Source: Balanoglossus misakiensis
Taxonomy: Eukaryota > Animalia > Hemichordata
Length of the DNA: 64,000 bases
NCBI GenBank assembly: GCA_040954595.2
Contig: CM082578.2
Span: 4,632,831-4,696,830, forward strand
Reading direction: 5' to 3'
Numbering within the stretch: the first letter of the stretch is position 1; every line of letters begins with the position of its first letter. The position numbers were made by a program, and so were the translations under genes. The notes beneath the pieces were generated by a model. The model was not told the origin of the DNA, searched no databases, and was given only the letters and a program-made list of their open reading frames with translations. Of this stretch, positions 27,301-40,199 are shown one piece after another.

Positions 27301-29286
27301 CTTCATATGATTCCATTTTGATAGATTGATTGAACCTCTTTAAAATGCGCCCTAAAATCTAAGTTTCATTCAGCAAGTGTAGGCGTTCTGTGTGTGTTTT
27401 TCTCCTCTTTTCCACGAAATTATTAATTCTTATAACTTCCTCCGGAAGACATTAGTGACGTCACTCCACAAGAGTTGTAGGTTGTGCGCACTCATGTCCT
27501 GTAATTCCGGTCAGTATATTCTCTTTAACCATGCCCCGTCTTCTCTTGAACCCCCCCCCCCCCCCCGGATTTCTTATTTTCGGCTACCCAAGTCTTCAAC
27601 GGTTCGCTAAACCCAAAGTATCGGCAACATTTAAACAAATCACAGCTCAATTGACAAGTGTCCCAAACAGGCTAATGCAGGACTGCGAACAGATAGACAA
27701 AAAAAACACACAAACCATGAATGACATATCAAACCATGTTCAAACATAAAATGTTGACATATAGCACAACACGGAAAAGAGCTTAATTCTACCTACAGCC
27801 CAAAATATATAGTTTCGTTCCATACTCTATACTTCAATGGTGAAGTTATTTGTGTAAAATTGGCTTTGACGTTCGCACAGTAGTCCAACAGTTTCACCGC
27901 TTTTCAGCTAAATTTGCGTGAGATATTTAAATTGATGATATCCTTCTTACTTCTATTTGAGGATTTCCCGGTGCATCGCACGGATCTCCTACCTTTTGAA
28001 TAATATCACTCGAGCCATGCAGCTCTATATACATCTTATGGCAGACGGTGATTTAAGACGCCGTGTTTCTAAAATCCTCAATCCGTACTATATTGGCCTT
28101 AATTTTCGACTTCATTAAAGAGAAAAAGTCTCTCTCTTGCTGCCCCTTTTCCATTATTTTTTGTTTGATGCAAGACACCGTTTATGTTATTCTACATGTA
28201 CGTGTGGGTATATAGTAAATCAACGTTCGACCACACACAACTTCCATCCCACTTGTGGACACGAGAGTGAAACACTCGTCAAAATGAATAATCGTTCTCT
28301 ACCGTTTATTCACCATGGCGAGATTTTTACTCGCATATCCTACAAACAGGATGGAAGTTGTGTGTGGTTTAATGTTGATTCACTATATACATGTATCCAC
28401 ATGTAGAATAACATAAATGGTGTCTTGTATCAAACATACTTAATGGAAAAGGGGCAGCGGGAGACTTTGTCCATTTAAGTAATCGGGCGCTCCTCCTTTT
28501 AATGTTGATTTCAGTGCCGGGAAGAATGGAGATCTGTCGACGTGGCATTTGCCGTCAGGCATAATATATTCAGCCAAAACGACAGGAAACGTTTTTCAAC
28601 AACAAGGGGTATTTACCTCTAAAGCCTCGTCGAACGGATGCTGCTCGATATCATTACGTCAGCAGGTGAAGCACACTCTTTAAAACTCAAGAAATTGTCT
28701 TCTCAAAATGCACTACTCGCCAAATGAATATAATAGGGGAAACCTCCCACTGTTTTTCATGATTGGTGCAATTATTGAAAATAGTCAGTCTCGTGAAGTT
28801 GATAAGGGAACCACTGACGCTGTTAGGATTATTTATAAATTGCCTGCTCACTCAATACGGAACAAAATATATGGGGAAATGATTTCGTCTGATTATACTC
28901 GTAACAAGTTTATCTAGCAGGAGGTGGTAATTAAGATTAATTAAGGCGGGCGAAACTGATTTCAATATTTGATGATTTCTCTGTATAGTAATGCCTTTTA
29001 TGTGCTGTGCTTAATTTCATCATTTCAATAAACAATGTCACTTGATCGAGATTGCCAAACAGCAATTTTAGCCCAATCAAACAAATTGGTCGAGTAGTCT
29101 AATGAACATGCGCAATGGAGTTATATTTCTACATAGAGACAAGGTTTACATCATCGTCACACAGGAAAAATATGCAATCACATATCCTAAGCAGGCGAAC
29201 AGGACACAGCAATAACATAATGCTACCGATGCATATTATACAAACGTACGTACATACGTACATATTACATATTCATACATACATAC

Positions 29287-29319
<33 letters not shown>

Positions 29320-31607
29320 CATACATACATACATACATACATACATACATACATACATACATACATACATACATACATACATACATACATACATACATAC
29401 ATACATACATACATACATACATACATACATACATACATACATACATACATACATACATACATACATACATACATACATACATACATACATACATGTACAT
29501 ACATACATACATACATACATACATACATACATACATACATACATACATACATACATACATACATGTACATACATACATACATACATACATACATACATGT
29601 ACATACATACACACATACATACATACATACATACATACATACATACATACATACATACATACATACATACATACATACATACATACATACATACATACAT
29701 ACATACATACATACATACATACATACATACATACATACATACATACATACGCATGCATGCATGTACGTACACACATACACATGTCTTGACTTTATGAATC
29801 TGTAACTTAATATACGAGCAAATCAAAATTGGACATCAGTGATGACGTAATGACTGCCTGCTGCCGCCACTATAAAATTTGCTAAACTAAGTTTCTTTGA
29901 TTTGCCCACAAGAATTCAATAAACTTCTGTATTTCACCCAGGCTTAACAATTAGAACATATACGACCTACCAAGTAAAGTTTCGCAGTGGAGTCCCGTGT
30001 AGTCGGCCGTGCACGTGCACGTACCCAAATACCATACGCATGATCCGCCATTTTCACAGGTTCCACAGTCCTCTTCACCTATAAAATGCAAAGGACAAAG
30101 ATTTCACAAATACTGGTAGCGATGGGCTCGGAATATGTTAATTCCTGCAAAAGCGCGCGTCTCCCGACTAAAACTGATTGATTCTCCTGTGTATTCCTGT
30201 AATTTGTACATATGATGTATCTCGGGAACATAGATACATTGTACAGTGTACAAGTATTGATATCGCACGTGGATTCTGACCTAAGCATTCAAGCAACCCC
30301 ACACAGAACGTGTGTGCCTTTGTAAAAGTTGAAATCTTGAAATGTTGAAAATAGTGAAAATGGCATTTTCCTTTCGAATTGTCACTTGTCTGTCACAATG
30401 TCTATATTGTATACGAAGAAACATTGCCTTTAGATCCAGAAAGACCCATGCCACTGAACTTGTACATTGTCTATTGTTTGAGTTACTCGGGTTCTCCTGT
30501 CCGGTTGCCTTGACGATAACAGTTCTGCAGAATATTTAAATGAGCGGTCGAATTTAAATTTCTTCTTGCTCTGCTTTATCTGATAGGAAATGATCCGCGG
30601 AGACGAAGTCATGCGTCAAAAAAGTCGGTTGCCGTAATGAGTTCAGACGTGAGTGTCGGTGACTTCACGATGACAGTGATGGTTTTGTGTTAATTACTTG
30701 ATTATGTATGCAAAATACAAGCTACTTTGTTGTATAATTTATTTGCAATACAACACCCAAACGCGTTTTTTAACGAAACTCATCACAAGTCTGGCGCGCA
30801 GAGTAGTAAAATCGTCTTGAACCATTGCGTGACGTGAGACATTAACTTCATTGTCATTTAAAGGTGTACTAATAACTACACCCACTAAGTTGTATATGGG
30901 CATACATGTATGTAAATTTAATGAATGTCTTTGTATCCCCTTTAAGGTATCCAGCCTTGCGCAAACTCAATAGTCCATGTATACGCATGGAATTAGTTCC
31001 GTTTTAACAGTTAGTTTTTTTTCGTTTCATTACCATGTCGCTTTGTCGTATAGTGAAACGGGCAAATGCTGGATCAACTCTGCAAGCGATAAGTCTGGTT
31101 TGCAAATGCATTTGAATATCTACGTTTTATATTAATAATGTCAAACGGGCACGACAAGGCAAACCTGAAAATACTAATGATCAAATTGAAAACCAGCAAG
31201 CATATATCACAGCTATGCCCATGAGGTCAAGGCAAAAAAAACAGAATCGGCTTGCCGTCCCTGCCGACAGGCAGAGACGGAACTATTTAATGTACACGAA
31301 GAAACCCCAAGCTACTACAAATAAGCGTTCCAGTTGTAGGTGGTTTCATTATTTTTAAAATTTAAGGAGCCAGCTAAGGCATTAACAGTGGTGATTAATA
31401 GTCTTCATCATCAGCTCATAAAACCAGAAGCGTTCTAGTCATGACCCCTGACCTCTTGCCTGTGTGCTGAAATCTCTCTAACTACAGAATAACCCGCGGG
31501 ACTACAGCGTAAATTAATATCTGAATACCGTACTTACCAAATGAAGGAAGAGCGAATGTGGCGAAAAAGTAAAATAGGCACAGGTGAAAGGTCAACTGTG
31601 TGGCCAT
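17235..31607 (-). CDS. Gene B: single-pass membrane protein, SP-EGF-EGF-EGF-TM(Cys-rich)-tail with PPxY (338 aa)
   Basis: Exons complement(31538-31607, 29971-30078, 23264-23359, 21871-22044, 19565-19774, 17235-17593). All introns are GT-AG and phase 1; 1017 nt, continuous frame ending in TAA. Confidence 0.88.
17803..18130. repeat. Compound (TTCA)n / (CATA)n microsatellite
   Basis: Directly visible; lies in the last intron of gene B. Confidence 0.95.
19565..19774 (-). CDS. Gene B TM exon (IIMAVVGIVVAVIAQCLCCVCVAM followed by RNSKKKRQR)
   Basis: Hydrophobic helix followed by a basic stop-transfer stretch; acceptor ctccatccag|, donor G|GTGAGA; 210 nt, phase 1-1. Confidence 0.9.
20757..21008 (+). 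repeat. Dispersed repeat family D, copy 1
   Basis: Colinear similarity to 36019-36293 (acacgagattt...aattgtacccaaat...ttttagcatcgctggat...caatcagaatg); inverted fragment at about 3908-3960. Confidence 0.7.
21871..22044 (-). CDS. Gene B linker + EGF exon 3, DNYEEYLNVKYGIVDG...CAYDGDCENGGTCMPHGVCSCDDRHTGERCDVFV
   Basis: Six-Cys EGF; strong pyrimidine tract + AG; donor G|GTGAGT; 174 nt. Confidence 0.9.
23264..23359 (-). CDS. Gene B EGF exon 2, DDCECLNHGTCLSLSKMCACVPGYYGDKCEY
   Basis: Six-Cys EGF; acceptor ttttaaatgtag|, donor G|GTATGT; 96 nt. Confidence 0.9.
24316..24400. repeat. (CAGA)n microsatellite
   Basis: Directly visible. Confidence 0.9.
28119..28474. mobile_element. TTAA-flanked MITE family K, copy 3 (opposite orientation)
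   Basis: Same TIRs and TTAA; the interior is the reverse complement of copy 1 (shared spurious peptide KMNNRSLPFIH). Confidence 0.85.
29272..29780. repeat. (TACA)n microsatellite of about 500 bp
   Basis: Directly visible; source of the spurious HTYI/MYVC ORFs. Confidence 0.97.
29971..30078 (-). CDS. Gene B EGF exon 1, EEDCGTCENGGSCVWYLGTCTCTADYTGLHCETLL
   Basis: Six-Cys EGF; acceptor cctttgcattttatag|, donor G|GTAGGT; 108 nt. Confidence 0.9.
31538..31607 (-). CDS. Gene B exon 1, signal peptide MATQLTFHLCLFYFFATFALPSF(G)
   Basis: aaaATGG start context, hydrophobic core, donor G|GTAAGT. Confidence 0.8.
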
Positions 31608-34600
31608 TTTAGTGAGACGTTGCCTTGGAGATGGTAGACATATCTGAGGAGAGAAGGGAGAGGAGACTGAGAAATGTCTCGTGCAAGAAAGGTATCTGTT
31701 TTCAGCTGAACGTAATGAAAGACGACGCGGAAAACACATTAAAAGTCTTCCGCTTCGACTCAGTCGGCGGGCGATGATCCCGTGTCGTCGCAACTCCCAC
31801 CTATTCAACTCTCGTGCCAGCCGCCGAAGATTTGTTTTCAATTCCAGCATACATGTACCTTGAGTTGTAGCCTGCTCCCACCCCCTTCTCCGCTCGCTTT
31901 TTGCGAGCGGGAAAAATTAATCACAATCCAATCACGTTCAAAACATCACCTCAAGATTGTTTTGTACATAACGGAGTCGGCGGAAACGGTCTACCTTGCT
32001 GAGGAATAAATCAGAGTGTGGCTTATGCGCAGTACTCCCTTTTGACCAATAAACCACTGAGGACAACCGCCGCGTCCACGAACAACACCATTTCCCGCGC
32101 CGGCGCTCTGCAATATGTTTTACGAACCTCAATATTACATAGCTTCAATGTAAAGGGGAACGACAAACTATTTGCATGATTTTTTTTTTAATTTAAAGAT
32201 TATTTTTTATCCAGTATTTGATGATATCTCTGGAACATTTGGTGTCCTTATTCGTATTCTGGAACAAGTAGTATCATTCATATTGAATTATTTAGGGTAG
32301 ATCTAACTATTTCTCCCTTGGGTTGTCGTGGCGACCGAACAGTAGCATGTATACAGAAAAGAGCTTTCTAATGAAGTGGTCAACGTTCGCCCATATTATA
32401 AAAGTTTACGGTTCGAGAGAAATCTGCATCGGGTATACAAAAACATTTAATAACACAATTTATAATACACGTCAGCTCTGCAATTAAGAGTAATTCATTC
32501 GGCGGATTTCATAAGAAGACTAATTTATGAAAAATGTCGACAATGTGTGTTTAGACGGCCTCTACCTTGGCTCGCTCACACACTGTTCATGTCGGTTAAG
32601 GACTCCAACTGTGATGACGGTGTCGTAGAAATTCATGAACATAACACTCATTTCAGTAGTGTTAATTACTCCGCTTCGTGATCACTGTTGACAACCGATT
32701 CAAGGAGACAAGAAACCCCACTTACTTCGTGTATTGCCAAATCGCGATTTACAGACTGTGGGCACAACGCGTGTTTGGCGGCCGCAGTTTGACAATTTCA
32801 TCATCAAATTCTGATCAGAGACATATTCGGGTGACGTATCGTTTGCACACGCGCTTTCATTTTAATACTCAGTACACAGGTGATATATTGTCTACAGCGT
32901 ATATACGTCGCCTCGGGTGTTTAAGGATCATGCCTGGCAATACTAATGATTCCATCAGTATGTATCATAGCCGCGGTGTGGACGATTTGCGGCGTCCGTT
33001 CCATTACGAACCATAAAGGTATAGGCTTTTACTTCCATTTAACGACACAGACTCTTGTTTTCACTTCAAAGCCATTCTCCCGCGTAATTTCCCTTATTAA
33101 TTTGAAGAACTGCGGCCATGACCTTTCATTTGTGGGTTGTGTCGCTCACTTCCGATCGCAGTGACGGACATCGCAATGGGCACTTCCGCCAAGCTACGGT
33201 TTCAGATGGCGTCATTGTGTGTTTGTTGATGAAATTCTTTGTCAGACGACACTTTTGGTCCGGAGTTAATGTCTTTCACCATACGGTGTACCTCCGTAGA
33301 GTTTAGAATTGAGCGAATAGTAGGAAACATTATGAGAACGATGGTTTGAGCCTGACGTTAGCATGCGTGGCGAAAAAAACATTTTGCATAATCCGAGCTT
33401 GCGCCCTGACGAGATCTGAACGACGAGGCACAAGTAATTGTTGTCGTTTCTTGAATTTATAACCTGCTGAATCCAGAGCGGTATGATATGCCCTATACCT
33501 GTGACCCCTTAGATAACCCATTGCACTTTGTCGAGATGCTTATCCGTATATCAGAAAAGGGGGATTAATTCTCGACAGTATGAGAGCAAATCAGAGGACG
33601 ACGGGCCGGCGCAGTTTAACTGTTATTTTTACAAGAGGAGCTCCTTACTAGCCAATGTAGGCGATGCGTTAAACTTGTGATAAAACGCGAGATAAATGTG
33701 CGATAATTGCTGAGTTACCTGCCTTTGCTACAAATTGATCAGAATTCCTGAAAACGACCCATTTCTTTGTCATTAGGAGTCTATTAAATTCAGATTATCA
33801 TCAGGGGAATGAAAAAAAAGCAATGGGCGAACAGTGTATTGGAGACGAGTATTGGGTAGTGACTGCGTACTTTACCCACAAAATGCCGTCATCCAGGCCG
33901 TCGGTCGCCTTGGCATCACACAAGTAAGGGACGTATCTTCAGTTGTGCTTGTCGCCGCCGATTCTGCTCGTCATCCCACGGAAGAGGAGGCCATTGTATG
34001 TATAATTCTCACTTCACGGTACTGAGTCGGGTTTGACGAGATGACAACGTTAACTATAGCCGAGTGAGATTCGGCGAGCCGCGTCTTGATTTCTCTTGCG
34101 TGTGATACAGCCAATACTCAAATGTACAAATCACGCACAATACTCTCGTTATGCGAGAATGACGCCTATGAACTTTTACCTTTAACTATATAGAGGCGCG
34201 TCTCCGCCCTAACCATACAATCAGCATACATGTACGTATCAAACCGTCGTGGGATACGACTTGCGTATCTGAGTCAAAAATGTAAAATTTGTTGGCAAAT
34301 TTGTTTACATGGTTTTCTCCACAATTACAGCCTGTGTTCTCAATGGAGATCACAAGTCCCGCAGCGGGTATTGCGATCAACATTTCCCGGTTGCGTTTAC
34401 TTTCTCTGGCGCACAATTTTAGTCGAAACTTCGCTGTTAAATTGTGTCTTTATGCGTCGTCAGATTCAATTATTGAAGGTGACTTCAAGCGTATCAGGTT
34501 GAACTTGATGCAGTCGGTCGTTGGATTGCCGTCACTTTTCATCTTCTGTAACAAATCATCGCGTTTCAACCTCAGCTTTTAACGCGCCCTAATTTCTGCC

Positions 34601-36018
34601 CAAAATACTATTTGGGGCAAAGGGATGTTGTACCAAGATAAGGTGTACATTTCTGAACCAATTTGTGAAGTTAAATCGTTGGCCAGTACCTCGTCATCCG
34701 ACTTTAAGCTCTCAAGCGTGTACGCGCACTTTGTTATTAAAATTGAAAATGTCAGAGTCCCATCCGTTCACAAATTAGCTTACGCGGCACTTTGGGCATG
34801 TTAGCAACGCAGCAAGAAACACGTGTCCTTAGAGTGGCGCATGCCGTGTGCTGGTAGCCGTAATGATTTTCAACTCAACGTCAATTAGTTCAAACCGACG
34901 TAGATCAAACACAAGTGCGTTTCATTTTTTTTTTTTTGGTGCTGTCATGAGTTTGATTCTTGTTCCGTCACAAATTGCGGGAGGAAAAGAAAATATTTGG
35001 GAGATGTGAAAATGCAAATATTATTTGAAGTGTACCGGCTGCATAACACAAATCAGCACGGGTTTGTATAGGTAATGAAATAAGTAAATTGCTGCATGTT
35101 CATTGTCGTAATATTTGAAAATTTTCAATCAGGGTTAATATCATAATAAGGGCCCAATGTCGCGGGGCATACATGTATGTGCGACTGTGGCTTTTCGTTC
35201 ACACGAGGGGTCCCTTTGAAGGGACAATAAACGCTGATTTACGATCACTATCGGATAACTCTTGAGCACAAATTTTGAAAGCAGGGTTGTCAATGTTAAA
35301 GTTTATATGTGGGTCTGAGGTTTGTCATATATGTCTTGACCATGGCCAAATTTCCTCGACTTATATGTCATGTCTATGGAGTTATATTCACTGGCGTGAA
35401 ACCTACGATGTTCACTAAGTAAACTATAACAGACGGAAATGGGCAGATACACATGAGTAAACGTAGTAACAAAGGTGTCACCTCTTAATTGTAGATATAA
35501 ATCGATTATTTCTCTTTATGCTTCACAGCTTGGTGTGAGACAAAAACGTGACTTGCACAAAACGCGAGGAAAGTTGCAATTCATTGGATGGTTGGTTATG
35601 AACCAGTCATCACTAAGCAACACGATGTTGTCGTTGGAGACATGGGCAGTGGCTGTCGAGATATAGGCATTAATTGCTAGAGCCTTGTGTGTACTTGGCT
35701 TGATTTCAAATATTCGCCTCTTCGTTTTATTCATACGGCTTTTGACAGGACCACACTTGCATGCGCTGTTCTGCGTGAGTGACCACTGAGACCTGACTTG
35801 GCCCCTATTGAAATGTTGACAATTTAAACAATACGGGCCGACTGGGGTCCAGATTGTCTGTCCGCTGGAGGCGCTGTGGTAGAACCCACTGCAAGACTGC
35901 ACACACAGTTTCTTATGTTTACATGTTGTGCCATCTCAACAGGCAGACTGTTTCAAAGTGTAGTTTATTTGGTGTCTTGAAGGTTTGATTAAACAATTAC
36001 CCCCGTCGAAGGCGGATA

Positions 36019-36293
36019 TACACGAGATTTGGATACAATTTGCGATATATACAGCACGAGCCGTTAGCCGAGTGCTGAATGGAGCGAATTGTACCCAAAT
36101 CGAATGTATACCCGACTGTGTGGGGGTTATTGCCATTACATTATATCAAAATTTGATTTTGTGGCAAATCAATGTAATTTTCTTAATGAAACAATTAATG
36201 GCAAAGTTAGCAGAATTATATTGACTATTTTAGCATCGCTGGATTGAGATCCCGTCCAATCAGAATGGCGGATGCTATCATGATATTTTATAA
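36019..36293 (+). repeat. Dispersed repeat family D, copy 2
   Basis: Same motifs in the same order as 20757-21008. Confidence 0.7.
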
Positions 36294-37117
36294 TTTATTT
36301 TCTTTATAATGGAACTAAGCAACAACTTAATTACATTAACCTGATATACACAAGGCTAGACCAAACTAAACTAAACTAAACTTAATCATTACCATTATCG
36401 TCATTATACACAACATTCATAATGTCTAATAGAAATAAACGCATCAGTCAAATCCCATACATAGAAATCAGTTTCTTTGGCTACCTATTTTCTGCTGAAA
36501 TTTAACTTCCGGCTAGGGCTACATGATCAGTACTCTACTATCATACAGGGAGTAAATCTTGTTTTACAACACATTATCTTTACTGTTCTTGCATTTTCAA
36601 GCTTTGTATATACATTCTGTAAGGTACCATAACATTTAGACAAAGCAAAGACTTAATTACAAGAAAGTGTCCAATCTAGTCCACTCACCTCAACCCATCA
36701 TTCACTGCCCCTAATTCCCAGTAAGCTTACGTTATAGCTTCCATGATGCAAGTGCTATCATGCAATAAAACATGTCTGCAATGTACATGTAGAGTGCCAA
36801 TTCATCTTTTACATGATGAGTGGCTAAAGGCGAGAAATCGTTGATGTCCTTTGCACGACGTGGCAAACTGTTAATAGCCGGAGATCACGCAAGTACAGGC
36901 CAATTTCTCTAAGTGCTTCTAGATGGTGTTTTTGCGAAGGACGTGTGCCACCCTTCATGATGATGCAGTAAACTGACGAACGATCTAATGAGTTCTGGCA
37001 TCACCGTGACGCTAACGCCATGCACCACACATTCGCGACCGAAGAATTGCACTTCACAGCAATATACATAAAACTATTATAACAACACACCCCATCCATA
37101 ACCTGTGCTGTGATTCG

Positions 37118-37242
37118 CCAATGTGCAGTCACATTGTGTCATTTTGGCGCTGTTGCCAGACAGGCAACAGTACCGAAAACAGTTGCCTGGCCAGTTGGGA
37201 AGCCCCGTCTGCGCATGCGCACTCCAGAAAACCAAGATGGCG
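37118..37242 (+). promoter_or_regulatory. Candidate promoter motif cluster: CCAAT, NRF1 site, YY1 site
   Basis: CCAAT at 37118, TGCGCATGCGCA at 37210-37221, CAAGATGGCG at 37233-37242. Confidence 0.35.
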
Positions 37243-40076
37243 ATGTCATCTGCGACCGAGACCAATTTGCTGCCTGATTTGTGCCACTGTGAGATGAGGC
37301 GTGTTATTAAACTCACATTGACTGGCCATATTTTGGTAACACTAACAGCATATGTCTGTGTCTCCTTGGGCCTGTCGGTTGCCCCCAAACAGTCTTCGGC
37401 CTCTGGAAACAGACTGTTTTGGCGTGACTCACAGTCCCTCGGGAAACAATCGCATGCTGTTTCCCTCATGGCAATATATGTATACTGTATATGTGCGTGT
37501 AAGAACTGATATATGTTCCTATCTTCCAGAACCTCTATTTACTTTGTTAGTTGTAACAGAGACATCTTACATCTGGTGAAAGCTGCAATTCTTTACCACA
37601 TGGATTACTGTTTGTCTAGAAATGGTAGTTCATGTATATGTCTTACATGTATACATGAATAGGCTCTGGAGTTTTGTGAGCGACAAAGGTGACATTGCCA
37701 TATTGGATCGATTACGAAATACAATGTAAATTGGCGAGCATGCTTATGACATGGAACAGTGTTTGCGAGTCTGTCCTGAATATCACGAACCAACATCCAA
37801 ACTCCCTCTGGCCATAGCATGGTGTCAAGTGTCCTACCAGTATGGTCAGCGGTCTGAGTATCAGAATAAGATTATCAAGGAATCATGCAAAGAAACGCAA
37901 CATAATTGTGTGCTGAGATAAAAGAAAACAAAAATGTTATCTGCCTTGTTTAAATAAGACTGAATATCAGAGAATGATATGAACATGACCATTACAACAT
38001 CGTATCATCTTTTTGCTTTCAAGAAATTTGTTTATGAACGTCATGAATTCGGACATACAAATGTGACACTTGCAGAAAACGTTGATGCCTGACATTTATG
38101 CTGCGTGATCCACTGCTGCAGGACAGAAACACCGCGAGAATGACACAAAGCGAAAGAACATTTCACCTGACGCATTGACTTATAATCGCTGGTTTGCTTT
38201 CTATTGGCCAAGGATACAACGCTCAGTGAGTTGACAGTGGCGCCAATGTTAGTCCAGACGTGTGTTTTTTTTTTACATATACTAGGATTCATTTATTTTA
38301 GTGAAAACCACTAATCTAGATTGAACATACATGTATCACTAAACTATACGTTCCATGTTCGTTAGTGCCCCTTTTATCAGTCGATCGATTCAACGCTTGC
38401 TTCGTCTCGTTTTACGCCGCAATTAATATGGGATACGGATTTCGTCTCCTTTTCTGGTTAATTGTGGATAGGGGTTGAAGACGGATCGATACTTGCTATG
38501 AAATGGAGAATGGAATGCGATTATAGTTGGGCTTGTGAGGGGATAATTGAAAAGGAAAGCTTGCTTTACAGTTTGAGAAGTAAATCATTCAGGTATCTCT
38601 TACGCTTTGAGCTGAGGGCGTACACGATCATTTCAGTCTAAGATTGCCTGTATTGGTGTTCTGAAGGATGTTAAAATGACTTTTCAATAAATCATCAATC
38701 AATAATTATTATGGATAACGTACTGTACTTAATTAATTATTATCAAGGCCCTGCATGTATCCCGGGTTCTCTCGTTCGATTAGATGACCTATTTATCTTG
38801 GAGTTCACCTCACCTTTGGGTGCCTGAGTAAAATCTTGCAATAAACCTTTATTCCAGCACCGAATCTTGGGCCACATTTTACTTGGACAGAGGCGGAATA
38901 ATTAAAACAAATCGGGGATGAATTTATCCGCCGCCCCTTGCCATGTGCAATAATGATAAATAATGGCGCGTTTGTGAAAACTGTGAATTAATCATGTGCT
39001 TTGTGTGTGAACAGTAAATGAACCCTTTGACAGGTACAACGAAATATCACCGGAGTGGACACATTTCATGATTCTGTTTCAAGATCAGTGTCTTAGTACT
39101 CCCTGTGTGCAGAGTAAGCAACCAACGAAACTATTAATCATTTCGCGGGTGTGACGGCGATGGCAAAACGACAAATCTCACACATATATTTAGAAAAGGT
39201 GTCCAATAGTATGTCGATTAGACACAGCCTTTGAAAGCAACTTGGCAAGCCGTGCCCCGAGTGCCTGGTGATTCGTGGTGAGTCGTTGCGAAGTGTCAAC
39301 AACTTGCAAAAGCATTTCATGCCAGGGACTTCGATTCCAAATCCCACTGAGCAGACAGACAGACAGACAGACTTGCACTCATGGATGGACGGATGAACAC
39401 ACGCTCAGCAATCGGTACGACGTTAGTTCAAGTGTGTGTACACCTGAGCTAATTCCATAATTCATAAATATGAACATAGGACGTAATTTGCCTTCAAAGT
39501 CCGTTTATATGATTTTTCACAAATAAAAAGTAGGGTTATAAATCCGAAGAAAATGACGAGGCAAAGCATGTGTATAACGACAGACAATCAATGTGCTCTC
39601 ATCAATCCCGGTTCAAGCGGGAAAAAATGATCGTCTCTCAACTGTTGTCATTTTTACGATCGGTCGCGCAGAGCAATTAAGGACAACTGACTGTCGTGTG
39701 TGCATCGTATAACATCATTGCCAATGACGCATTAGAGACCGTTAGGCCTGCATTCAAAATTCCGAATAAGGAATTGAGATGGAGAGGGTGAGAAGTTCGA
39801 AGACAGACAGGAAGGACTTGAAGAAAAGGTTATGCTCGGACAGAAGATACGGAAAAAAATACGCACCGTCCCAGGTGAAACTTTATCATGTTATTCGTAC
39901 ATACATTCAGCGAGAAAATGAAGACATGTATAAATTGTCTAATTACTGCAAAACTGTCATCCATGGACATTCACAACCGCGACACTTCTCACCCTCTAGT
40001 CAGAGTTATAGACAAGGGGCCAAGGCCATGCAGGACAGGCTCAATATCCAAGGAGGTAACTGTCCGTATACCTTTA

Positions 40077-40170
<94 letters not shown>

Positions 40171-40199
40171 CGATGATGATGATGATGATGATGATGATG
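40077..40199. repeat. (GAT)n microsatellite
   Basis: Directly visible; source of the poly-D/M/S ORFs. Confidence 0.97.

Noticed and set aside
29115-29826. Long ORFs of 163-224 aa (HTYI/MYVC repeats)
   Set aside because: Translations of the (TACA)n microsatellite in a gene B intron; the same applies to 17946-18167 and 8097-8318.
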